In this document: positions 25,132 to 33,902 of the stretch, piece by piece | How the letters are laid out: each line of letters begins with the position of its first letter | Position numbering within the stretch: the first letter of the stretch is position 1 | From: a virus | Taxonomy: Duplodnaviria > Caudoviricetes | DNA length: 44,343 nucleotides | Virus record (IMG/VR): IMGVR_UViG_3300024265_000101 | Coordinates: 1 to 44,343 of that record | Strand: one strand, 5' to 3' | Program-made: the position numbers and the translations under genes | The notes under the pieces: generated by a model | The model's database searches: none | The model's input: only the letters and a program-made list of their open reading frames with translations | What the model was told of the DNA's origin: nothing

Positions 25132-26277
25132 ATGGAACACCCACTTTCGCTCACACCCACACAAGACGCCGCGCTACAATCTATTCGTTCCTGGTACAAG
25201 CAATGCCACGAGGAGAAGAGAAATGCCCACAAGCTTAATAAGCCTTTCTTCTATCTCGCAGGATATGCCGGTACCGGCAAAACTACTCTTGTGGGAATAT
25301 TTCGAGACTACATATCTGGGAAAGTTTGCTACGCTGCCTATACTGGCAAAGCTGCAATGCAGATGCGTAAGCAAGGAGTTGCTGCCCAAACCGTTCACTC
25401 ACTATGCTACATTCCTCAGGTCGATAAGGAAGGGAAAACCACATTCGCGTTGAACCCAGATTGTGAGCTGTCCTACGCTAAGCTTCTAGTCCTCGACGAG
25501 TGTTCGATGGTTGGCAAGGAGATGGGAGCAGACCTGTTATCATTCGAGACTCCTATTCTTGTACTCGGAGACCCGGGGCAACTTCCACCGATTAAGGGCA
25601 CCGCCTTCTTTACCGGCAAAACTCCTGATATCATGCTGGAGGAAGTACACCGGCAAGCTTTGGATTCGCCCATACTACGAGTAGCTACAGAAGTGCGGCA
25701 GGGAAAGACTCTCAAACGTACAGACGAGGAAGGCTTGCTAGTCTATCCTATGCTTGGTGATGGAGACAAGGAAGATATTCTCCTAAACTGCGAACAAGCT
25801 ATTACAGGGACAAACAAAGTACGCAATCGTGGAAACAAGATTGTTCGAGAACATTACGACTGTCCAGGACCATTTCCTATTACGAACGAACGCCTTGTGT
25901 GTTTGCGAAACAATAGAAGGTTCGGGCTATTCAACGGATTGATTGTGCAAACTCTTAGCGATGCCAAGGAAAATGGCGAAGAGATCAAATTGAATATTCG
26001 TACAGAGTTAGGGACGGAACTAAAAAGCATTCGTATTCTAAAAGAATGTTTCTCGAATTACAAGGCAGTTCAAGAACTTCCATACAACCAGCGAGCATTG
26101 TATGATGAGTTCGACTATGGATACGTCCTTACCGTGCATAAATCTCAAGGGAGCCAATGGGACGACGTGCTATTGTTGGACGACGGATTTTTGCGATGGG
26201 ATAGAGGACAGAGGAAACGCTGGTTGTATACTGCAATTACTAGAGCAGCAGAGAAGCTCACGATAATTAGAGCATAG
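25132..26277 (+). CDS. Dda/RecD-like superfamily 1B DNA helicase
   Basis: GYAGTGKT, DECSM, GDPGQLPPI, HRQ, TVHKSQG, LYTAITRA. Confidence 0.92.
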   Translation: MEHPLSLTPTQDAALQSIRSWYKQCHEEKRNAHKLNKPFFYLAGYAGTGKTTLVGIFRDYISGKVCYAAYTGKAAMQMRKQGVAAQTVHSLCYIPQVDKEGKTTFALNPDCELSYAKLLVLDECSMVGKEMGADLLSFETPILVLGDPGQLPPIKGTAFFTGKTPDIMLEEVHRQALDSPILRVATEVRQGKTLKRTDEEGLLVYPMLGDGDKEDILLNCEQAITGTNKVRNRGNKIVREHYDCPGPFPITNERLVCLRNNRRFGLFNGLIVQTLSDAKENGEEIKLNIRTELGTELKSIRILKECFSNYKAVQELPYNQRALYDEFDYGYVLTVHKSQGSQWDDVLLLDDGFLRWDRGQRKRWLYTAITRAAEKLTIIRA

Positions 26278-26290
26278 GAGCATCCCCACA

Positions 26291-27892
26291 ATGCCTGCGC
26301 CTGACCTCACCCGTCTTGCTGAATACAACTGTATGGACTCAGCCGGAACGAAGCAAATCTCAGATATTCTCTGGGAAGAACTTAACTCTACCGGCTATCG
26401 AGATCTATACAATTTCTACGTCGAACTTCACAAGCCCTTGATGTATATGATGACTCGAGGGATTCTCGTAAACCAGGATGACCTCAAGGACGTACTAGTA
26501 GAAGTCACATCTCAACGGGATGCTGCGCAGGAGAAGCTCGATGCTATGTGCGGGCATGAGCTGAACGTGGACTCACCGAAGCAGTGCATTCAGTACTTCT
26601 ACCTCGAGAAAGGAATCACCCCCTACCTTAATCCTAAAACCAAAGCTCCTACATGTGATGACATCGCATTGCAACGCCTAGCTAAGGGTACTGTTGCTCG
26701 GAAGCCTATTCCCGAAGCCAGACTAGTACAAGAAATTCGTGGCCTAGGAAAACTCAAATCCACCTACTTGGAAATTGAGTTTGACAAAGATTCCAGAATG
26801 CGATGTTCTATCAAACCGCGGGGTACTAGATTCTCTCGACTCTCCACAGGTAAGACTGCCTGGGGAACTGGAATGAACATGCAGAATCTTCCTGCGCAGT
26901 TCAAGAAATTTCTCCTCGCCGATCCAGGATTCCTATTCATGGAATTCGACAAGAGACAAGCCGAATGGGTAGCGGCTGCCTACTTATTCAACGATGCGAA
27001 TATGATTCAAGCGGTGGAGAGTGGAAAAGATATTCACGTCCACACAGCTTCGATGATATTCAACTGCGAACCCCAACTTATTCAAGCAGATGACGAACTT
27101 ATCGGACATATGACAAATCCTTTTGAGATTGAGGAACTTCGGAAGCATCATCTTCCAGAAGTATTGGCCCTTCCTTATTTCATTCGCAATATGTCTTTGA
27201 GACAGTGCGGAAAGAAATCCAACCATGGACTTGACTATGATGAAAGATTCAGAACATTTGCACTCATCAACGATATGCTGGAGCGGGACGCTAAACGAGT
27301 TATCGAAGGATATCACTCGATATACCCGGGCATACGCCAAGCTTACGAAGGAATTAAGCATAAGCTCAGTAAGGATAGAACTCTCATCAATCCATTTGGA
27401 AGGAAGTACCGATTTCTTGGGAAGTGGGGGCACGATCTTTTCAAACAAGCTTACTCTTACCTTCCTCAAGCCACCGTCGGAGACATCCTCAATGGCTTCG
27501 GCTACTCAGGAGGAATCCTTGGAATCTATAAGAAACAAAAGCTTCGAGAATATTCCTGTCTAAAGAAACTCGAACAACTAATTCAAGTACACGATTCTGT
27601 ACTCACTCAATATCCTATCGCCGACTTAGATGATATGGCCGAAGCTTGTATCGTCGTCGCCCAGAACTTAAAACCAACTATGGAATATGAAGGGCGGTCT
27701 TTCCAAATCGAAACTGACTTAAAAATCGGAAACAACTGGGGAGATATGTTCAAGGTTCCCCTTAGTGAGAATAAAGAAACTATGCGACGAAATTTGGAGA
27801 AAGTAATCTATGACAACGAGCTCGGATCGCGAGCTGGAGGACTGGATAAAAGCGTATCTGAAATTCGCGGAGAACTCGGAACCACCCATTAG
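26291..27892 (+). CDS. polA: DNA polymerase A C-terminal subunit (ExoIII plus polymerase domain)
   Basis: ExoIII YNCMD at the N-terminus; N.DSPKQ, RLS, NMQNLP, motif A D..QAE, DIH, motif B R..GKKSNHGLDY, GR, PQ, motif C QVHDS. Confidence 0.92.
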   Translation: MPAPDLTRLAEYNCMDSAGTKQISDILWEELNSTGYRDLYNFYVELHKPLMYMMTRGILVNQDDLKDVLVEVTSQRDAAQEKLDAMCGHELNVDSPKQCIQYFYLEKGITPYLNPKTKAPTCDDIALQRLAKGTVARKPIPEARLVQEIRGLGKLKSTYLEIEFDKDSRMRCSIKPRGTRFSRLSTGKTAWGTGMNMQNLPAQFKKFLLADPGFLFMEFDKRQAEWVAAAYLFNDANMIQAVESGKDIHVHTASMIFNCEPQLIQADDELIGHMTNPFEIEELRKHHLPEVLALPYFIRNMSLRQCGKKSNHGLDYDERFRTFALINDMLERDAKRVIEGYHSIYPGIRQAYEGIKHKLSKDRTLINPFGRKYRFLGKWGHDLFKQAYSYLPQATVGDILNGFGYSGGILGIYKKQKLREYSCLKKLEQLIQVHDSVLTQYPIADLDDMAEACIVVAQNLKPTMEYEGRSFQIETDLKIGNNWGDMFKVPLSENKETMRRNLEKVIYDNELGSRAGGLDKSVSEIRGELGTTH

Positions 27893-29027
27893 CTACCATG
27901 TATGGACCGCAATATCATGTATCTCAGGAGCTTTACAACGAAAAGTAAGGTTGCTATGGGGACACGAAACGCTTTACGCCAATCTTTATATCGTTCTTGT
28001 AGGACCTTCTGGGCGATGCAAGAAAGGTACAGCTATGACTTTAGGGTTGGAAATTCTAAAAGAGGTCACAGGAGTTACAGTAATTCCTGAAGATGTGACA
28101 CGAGCACAGTTGATTCGCCGAATGGCTACTGCGGTATCTACCTTTACAGATACTGATACAAAGAATATAATGTTCCATTGCTCGGTTACGTGTTTTTCAG
28201 AAGAATTGTCTGTATTCTTGAAAAAGAACAATATAGAATTTCTAGCCACATTAACTAATTGGTATGATAGCCGTGATGAGTGGACCTATGAAACGAAAAA
28301 TGCTGGAGTAGACAAGATCCAAGGGGTATGTTTCAATCTACTAGGAGGGACTGCTCCTGATTGGATTCCAATCATGCTCCCACAGGAGGCCATCGGTGGT
28401 GGATTTACATCAAGGATTATTTTTATTGTGGAAGAGGATAAGGCAAAAACTGTCCCTTCGCATACCTTATCAAAAGCAGAAAAAGCCCTTCGCGCTGCTC
28501 TCGTTAGAGACCTCCAGCGAATCTATAACATGTCTGGAGCTTTTACATTCGCAGCAGACGCTGCCGCCCGGTATATATCTTGGTACTCTGACCAGGATAA
28601 ACGAATTCGAAACGGTGAATCCCCTATCACAGACCCACGATTTGCAGGTTATGTTGAACGTCGAGCGACACATGCGAAGAAGTTGTCAATGGTCCTCACT
28701 GCGAGCAGAACTTCCGAGAGAATAGTCCAGTTGCGAGATTTTGAACGGGCGCTAGAATATATGCAAAAGGCTGAACTACGAATGGGCAAAGCTTTCGGAG
28801 GAATGGGAAAGAGCCAATACGCCCAGGCTACTGAGCAGGTACTAGTCTATTTGAAGGAACGGAAAGGAAGGAAGGTAAAACGAAGTACTTTGCTGAAAAC
28901 TTTCTACAGAGATATCGATTCAGGAACAATGAAAATCATCGAGGATTTGTTGCATCAGATGAAGGTGGTGAAATTAGAGATAAACCCTCGAGAGAACGAT
29001 GTCTACTATACGTATGTAGGGGAGTAG
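27810..29027 (+). CDS. DUF3987-type P-loop helicase (replicative helicase candidate)
   Basis: NLYIVLVGPSGRCKKGTA, FSEELSVF, L..WYD, GGF.SR.IF; C-terminal winged-helix-like tail. Confidence 0.8.
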   Translation: MTTSSDRELEDWIKAYLKFAENSEPPISYHVWTAISCISGALQRKVRLLWGHETLYANLYIVLVGPSGRCKKGTAMTLGLEILKEVTGVTVIPEDVTRAQLIRRMATAVSTFTDTDTKNIMFHCSVTCFSEELSVFLKKNNIEFLATLTNWYDSRDEWTYETKNAGVDKIQGVCFNLLGGTAPDWIPIMLPQEAIGGGFTSRIIFIVEEDKAKTVPSHTLSKAEKALRAALVRDLQRIYNMSGAFTFAADAAARYISWYSDQDKRIRNGESPITDPRFAGYVERRATHAKKLSMVLTASRTSERIVQLRDFERALEYMQKAELRMGKAFGGMGKSQYAQATEQVLVYLKERKGRKVKRSTLLKTFYRDIDSGTMKIIEDLLHQMKVVKLEINPRENDVYYTYVGE

Positions 29028-29048
29028 TATTTGGGCTGGACAGCCCTA

Positions 29049-29067
29049 CTGACCAAAGGTTGGTCAA
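29049..29067. promoter_or_regulatory. Dispersed palindrome copy 5 (CTGACCAA-AGG-TTGGTCAA)
   Basis: One mismatch; intergenic; abuts the RBS of the 29080 ORF and is preceded by a GGGCTG/CAGCCC hairpin. Confidence 0.8.
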
Positions 29068-29079
29068 AAGGAGAGTAAA

Positions 29080-29256
29080 ATGTTAAGGTTAGAGAACTGG
29101 TTTGCTAGTGCTATTATTATTCTTATATTCGGAATCATCTTATTTGGAGTTTCTAAGGTGTTTGCCTACGGGCAGGAAGAAGTTCTAATCTTCCGTCCTG
29201 ATGGCACTGCAGAATATTGTATTACCTACAGCGACGGAACAGTATATTGTAGGTAG
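29080..29256 (+). CDS. Small exported/membrane protein, 58 aa (not in the ORF track)
   Basis: AAGGAG RBS; MLRLENWFASAIIILIFGIILFGVSKVFA signal/TM followed by a Cys pair. Confidence 0.65.
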   Translation: MLRLENWFASAIIILIFGIILFGVSKVFAYGQEEVLIFRPDGTAEYCITYSDGTVYCR

Positions 29257-29274
29257 ATACTAGGATATCAACTA

Positions 29275-29502
29275 ATGGAAAAGATCTATAATACCTATGA
29301 AGATGTAGGAATTCTAGCTAGGTTAGGCAAGATTCTTTCTTGGATAGCCTCAACGCTTGCTATTATATATCTTATTATTGGAGGATTAGTAGCCCAAGAA
29401 CATCCAGGAGGGTGGGTATTATTCTTTCTCGTTATACTTATCCCTGCAATACTCCTATGGGCTTGTGGACGACTTCTTCGATATGTTCTTGCCGGCTTTT
29501 AG
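29275..29502 (+). CDS. Two-TM membrane protein
   Basis: Two hydrophobic helices; last gene of the + arm, converging on the virion arm. Confidence 0.65.
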   Translation: MEKIYNTYEDVGILARLGKILSWIASTLAIIYLIIGGLVAQEHPGGWVLFFLVILIPAILLWACGRLLRYVLAGF

Positions 29503-31058
29503 AAGCTCTGTCCTATATCTTCCACAGCTCGTCTTTGCAAGTTTCCAAGCGTTTTAATCCCCCCAGCAGAATCATTTACTTCTGCTCCTGCTACTTGGTT
29601 TACAAGTTGTCCAAGGAAGGCCCATCGTTGCGCTGGAATATCTCCTTTCCCCAAGCGCACAGCACGCTTTAACATTCGCGCTCCCTGCGGAGACATAAGT
29701 AAAGCTGTTACCATTTCAGGCAAGGATGCACCTGCCAAAGCTCCAACGCCCCCGCCAAGGGGGCCGGCAACACCAAAGCCTATCATACCTCCAATAATAG
29801 TTCGTCCAGTCTTAGCACCAATACCACGAACAACTATCGACCCACGCCCCGCAGGATTTGTATCTTCTGCAAGTTTCGCTAAATCGCTTAGGTGTTTCCG
29901 TACAGCGGGAACTTCTTTTCGTAGTGATTCGGAAAAGTTCTTATCAAACTTCACACTCTTTGGATTTGTCACATCTCGAAACCACTTCTGCAAACCTACT
30001 ACATTAAGTTGTGCGGCGGTTTCATCCCCAGGAACATCTTTAGTAAACCTAGCAACGGCAGCATCCATGTCTTTTACAGAGAATTCCAACTTTGCTCGTT
30101 TCGCAGCTGTTTGTGCTATCTTGGCCGGACGTCGAGCTTTCGTAGTACCCTTAGCGATAGTATCTATATCATCGCTCATCGCTTTGAATAATCTTTTCGC
30201 AGAGCCTAAGCGAACACCGGAGGCGCGCTCCGCTCGATCAAGAGCAGCCCCTACTAGTTGTCTTGTTTTGATAAAAGTATCAAACGAAATGGGTTCCTGC
30301 CCCCCAAGCGCAGCTATTGTCCTATCAATTAGATCAATCGCTTGTTTTCCTTCAGGAAAATCTGCAATTATCTTTAATTCATCATCGAGTTGTGCTAATG
30401 CAGCACTGGTATTTTTTAATTCCTTCCCAGGGACAACAGCCCCTGTTCGCCGAGCTGACTGATAAAGCACCGAAGAGGGCCTACTCATCAAACCCGTTTG
30501 TTTTGCGATAACCTTTGAACCCAAACTCTCAAAATCCTCTACCGCTTCACGCTCAGCTAATCTTCCCAAAGCCGCCCTTGCTGGAGGTATCGTAGTCAAA
30601 CTACCGCCAAGAAGACGCCTACCAAGCTTCAAACCTCCCCCAACGGCTGTACCTCCAATAGGACTAAGCGCCGCAAAAGGCTTTGCCAATTCATTTTCAG
30701 GAGAAATCCCAGATTCCTGTCCAAGAATTTCTCCTAAAAGTCCTCCAATTCCCGCACCAACACCAACTCCTACAGGACCAGCAGGAAGTCCTAAAGAACC
30801 TCCCGCCGCACTTAGAGAAGTAGCAGGAGCCATTTCTGCAAGGAATTCTAAAATTGCTGGCAGATCTTCTATAGATTCTCTTCTTGAAGCCTTTCCAAAT
30901 TCTTCTTTTGTAATAGCTCTAGCTTCACCTGGCCTATCTGCGGTGCCAATACGAGAAGCTTCTTGCAGTTGTTCCGCTATTAGAAATTCTTCTTCCTCCG
31001 TTGGAACTTCCCCCGCAATCTCAACGACACCAAGACCTTTTACTAGAATTTTACTCAT
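29499..31058 (-). CDS. Internal virion / DNA ejection protein
   Basis: Helical with Gly-zipper hydrophobic segments; last of three large genes after the nozzle. Start re-assigned to MSKILV at 31058. Confidence 0.65.
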   Translation of the reverse strand: MSKILVKGLGVVEIAGEVPTEEEEFLIAEQLQEASRIGTADRPGEARAITKEEFGKASRRESIEDLPAILEFLAEMAPATSLSAAGGSLGLPAGPVGVGVGAGIGGLLGEILGQESGISPENELAKPFAALSPIGGTAVGGGLKLGRRLLGGSLTTIPPARAALGRLAEREAVEDFESLGSKVIAKQTGLMSRPSSVLYQSARRTGAVVPGKELKNTSAALAQLDDELKIIADFPEGKQAIDLIDRTIAALGGQEPISFDTFIKTRQLVGAALDRAERASGVRLGSAKRLFKAMSDDIDTIAKGTTKARRPAKIAQTAAKRAKLEFSVKDMDAAVARFTKDVPGDETAAQLNVVGLQKWFRDVTNPKSVKFDKNFSESLRKEVPAVRKHLSDLAKLAEDTNPAGRGSIVVRGIGAKTGRTIIGGMIGFGVAGPLGGGVGALAGASLPEMVTALLMSPQGARMLKRAVRLGKGDIPAQRWAFLGQLVNQVAGAEVNDSAGGIKTLGNLQRRAVEDIGQSF

Positions 31059-32637
31059 TAGTAATCTCCACAAGGCGGCCATTCCTTATTGCAAATTCAC
31101 GAAGAGGCTCTCCATTATCACCTAAAAGGATATCATCTTGTGCCGCTTGATCTTCTTCAGCAAGCATACCAAACTGATTTCGGATATTTGCTTCTCGTTC
31201 ACTAAGCAAATTATCTATAAGGCCAAGCCTATCTATAACCTGTTCAGACGATCTAAGCCCACGAAGTTTAACTATAGCAAGAGCTCGTTTAATAACCTCA
31301 ACAGGAACACGTCCTTCAGGAGTCTGCAATCTAGCCAAGATAAGCCCAACGCTATTTTCGATAATATCTAGAACGGAGAGAGTAGGATCGGATAGAAGGC
31401 CCCCAACTTCATTAGCCTCATCACCAGAAGCCATCCCAACTATTTCCTTAGCAGAGTCTACAATACCCTCAAGACCTAAATCAGATAATACACCAACGAC
31501 GGTCTTACCCGTTGCACGTAGGCTACCGCGTACGCCAACTAAGCCCGGGTCAGTTTTAAGTTTCTCCCGCAACCCGTTTAGCGTAACTCTAGCTTCATCA
31601 ATAAAGCCAAGATCTGCACGAGCCTTAACTATCTTCCTTCCTATCTCACCAGCTTCGGAAGTGGCCCTAGTAACATCTTCTGGAGATCGCGGAGTTAAAT
31701 TCTTTACTTCTCCGAGAGTTGTTCCTGCAGGAACTCCAAGTTCCGCTGCGAGAGCCGTAGAGATGGGCTTATTCAAATCCTTTGAGCGAAGAATCTCCGG
31801 ACTATTATCTACTAGAAAGTTAGCTTGAGTAATCAAACTATTTGCTAGGCTCGATTCTCCAGCACTAGTAAGAGCTCTTGCTTGAATAAAGAGATTTGTC
31901 GCTAAAACCGCATCCTTACTAGCCTTATCCGTACCAGAGAAAAGATTATCTACCGAAGCTATATCCGCTGAGGATTCTCTCCCCAACGAATCCAAAATTC
32001 CTTGGATGCTTTCCCGCCTAGCTTTTAATGAACCAGCTTTCTTTACTTCTGCCTCCTTTCCGATAGTCTTTAGAGACTTGCCACTAAGCTTTTCAATCTG
32101 CCTTTCAAGCATACTAGCACGGCGAGAATTTCCCTTTGCTTCGGCTGCCGCTCTTGCAGCTTCTAATTTTTGAATTCCCTCACTATCCGCTTCTAGTGTA
32201 CCCGCACGTCTAGCCTTTGCAGTTTCTCGAACTTGCGCTGGAGTCAACGGAGGAGTTTTATTTAACTTCTGAAGTTTAGTGCTGAGAATAATACCTGCTA
32301 TATCTCCTGGTTCAAGAAACTCTCCAAAGGCACTTAAAATCTCTGAAATTGGGGGAAGGTCATCTCCTTCACGGGGAAGTCGTTTTCCTGTTGGAACCTG
32401 CTCCAATCCGCTAGCAACTTGTTCTGGAGTAGGCTCTTCCTCTGCAATATCCTCGTCCTCCCCAAGTCCTCGAGGAGCAATTTCAGGTTGAGTTGTAAGC
32501 TCCTCAAGAGCTTCCTTAAAAAGTCTTGCTCTTTCTTTCTTTTTTCTTTCATCAAAGAATGCCTGAAGTCCAGCGCCTATCCCGGCACCGATATTACCGA
32601 AGCGTTCATCTCTAGGGAGATTAATAATTGAAGCCAT
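31051..32637 (-). CDS. Internal virion / DNA ejection protein
   Basis: FGNIGAGIGAGL N-terminus, helical; position in the podovirus module. Confidence 0.65.
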   Translation of the reverse strand: MASIINLPRDERFGNIGAGIGAGLQAFFDERKKKERARLFKEALEELTTQPEIAPRGLGEDEDIAEEEPTPEQVASGLEQVPTGKRLPREGDDLPPISEILSAFGEFLEPGDIAGIILSTKLQKLNKTPPLTPAQVRETAKARRAGTLEADSEGIQKLEAARAAAEAKGNSRRASMLERQIEKLSGKSLKTIGKEAEVKKAGSLKARRESIQGILDSLGRESSADIASVDNLFSGTDKASKDAVLATNLFIQARALTSAGESSLANSLITQANFLVDNSPEILRSKDLNKPISTALAAELGVPAGTTLGEVKNLTPRSPEDVTRATSEAGEIGRKIVKARADLGFIDEARVTLNGLREKLKTDPGLVGVRGSLRATGKTVVGVLSDLGLEGIVDSAKEIVGMASGDEANEVGGLLSDPTLSVLDIIENSVGLILARLQTPEGRVPVEVIKRALAIVKLRGLRSSEQVIDRLGLIDNLLSEREANIRNQFGMLAEEDQAAQDDILLGDNGEPLREFAIRNGRLVEITNE

Positions 32638-32678
32638 GAGAGGTTTCTCCTACTACTGCGCCGTGCTGACTAGCCCGC

Positions 32679-33881
32679 CTACGCCGCTTCCATCAGAGCA
32701 TCGATTTTTCTTGCTAATGCTTTATTCGACGCTAAAGTAATACCCATTACATCGGCTAAATGGATAGTCTTGCCATCGCCGACTTTGAAGGTTTCCTGGA
32801 AATCTTCTGCCATTGGCCCCATATGAGTAGTTGTATCTCCCTTGTATCTCCAAGTGTGCAGATCTATATCTTCCAGTGCTTGAAGAATTTCGTCATCGCT
32901 TAGAGGAACAATATCTTCCTTGAGTTCTCGTGAGGAGAAAATACCTCCAATAGCTCCGCCTATTGCACTACCGCCACCACCGCCAATAAGCCCTCCAAGT
33001 AAACCTTCCTGCCCCCCAAGGCCGATGCCGATGTTCTCCACTCCCTGTACATTCAAAGCGCCTAGGATCTGTTCGATACGAAGAGCTTTTTCCTGCTGTA
33101 CTCGTAAGAATTCTGTATACTCTGCAGTAAGCCCAGCTTGTTCGATTTGCTGAGGAATCTGTCCAGCTTCTAGCAACTTAATAGCTTGGTCGATAGGAGC
33201 CCCAGTAACGGTGTCTACCAGCCCCAAAGCCTGTAAGGTGCGGTTCTGGGCAGATTCTTGAGTAGCAAATGCAAATTCAGATGCTTGTGCAGTCAAAGAA
33301 TCTAACAAATCCTCAGTAGCAAGCTCCTCTTGCGTGAGCCGACCCGAGGAGAAAAAGTTCTTTGCATTCTTTGCTCCAATACTTGGAAGGATTTGCTCAT
33401 TAAAAGTAGCGAGGGCCGGATCTACTACAGACGATTGAAAGAAATCTTGGAAATCCGTAGGATTAGGATTAAGCAAACCCTCCAACGCTTGAATAGCAAG
33501 TTGTTGAGTAGGCGTACTTCCAGAAGCTAGTGCTAAAGCATTCTGTTCTAACCCTTCAAGAGAAGTCTGTTGAAGATTGCTTAGTCCAGCAGTAAGCTCT
33601 CCGCCAAAACCTTCCGGGTTTCCCGAACTAAAAAGAAGATTTAGAACACTAGATAATCCCGTCTGCTGCTCAGGAGTTAATGTAGTAAGACTTTTGAACT
33701 CAGCACTCGGAGCAGTCCCAAAGATCAAATCATTAAGTGCCTGATCATCAACTAAACCAAGGAAATCAACAGGATCAGCGTTGTTAGCAAGAGGAAAAGT
33801 ATTCTTCCCACCAACAGTAGAAGACGGTTGACTCAAAGGTGCCGGTTTGGTAGTTGTTAGATTGTTAAAATCCAAGGGCAT
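32679..33881 (-). CDS. Ejection/pilot-like protein with a C-terminal peptidase S74 chaperone domain
   Basis: Q/S/T-rich helical body and Gly zipper, then SSRELKEDI...WRYK...GPMAED...coiled coil. Confidence 0.75.
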   Translation of the reverse strand: MPLDFNNLTTTKPAPLSQPSSTVGGKNTFPLANNADPVDFLGLVDDQALNDLIFGTAPSAEFKSLTTLTPEQQTGLSSVLNLLFSSGNPEGFGGELTAGLSNLQQTSLEGLEQNALALASGSTPTQQLAIQALEGLLNPNPTDFQDFFQSSVVDPALATFNEQILPSIGAKNAKNFFSSGRLTQEELATEDLLDSLTAQASEFAFATQESAQNRTLQALGLVDTVTGAPIDQAIKLLEAGQIPQQIEQAGLTAEYTEFLRVQQEKALRIEQILGALNVQGVENIGIGLGGQEGLLGGLIGGGGGSAIGGAIGGIFSSRELKEDIVPLSDDEILQALEDIDLHTWRYKGDTTTHMGPMAEDFQETFKVGDGKTIHLADVMGITLASNKALARKIDALMEAA

Positions 33882-33902
33882 AGCAATTCTCCTACTAATA
33901 TC

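Noticed and set aside
24884-26290. Intron or split intein explaining the polA break
   Set aside because: No intein N-terminal Cys/Ser block or C-terminal HN, and no homing endonuclease. The gap is fully occupied by two RBS-bearing genes, leaving no room for a ribozyme core.
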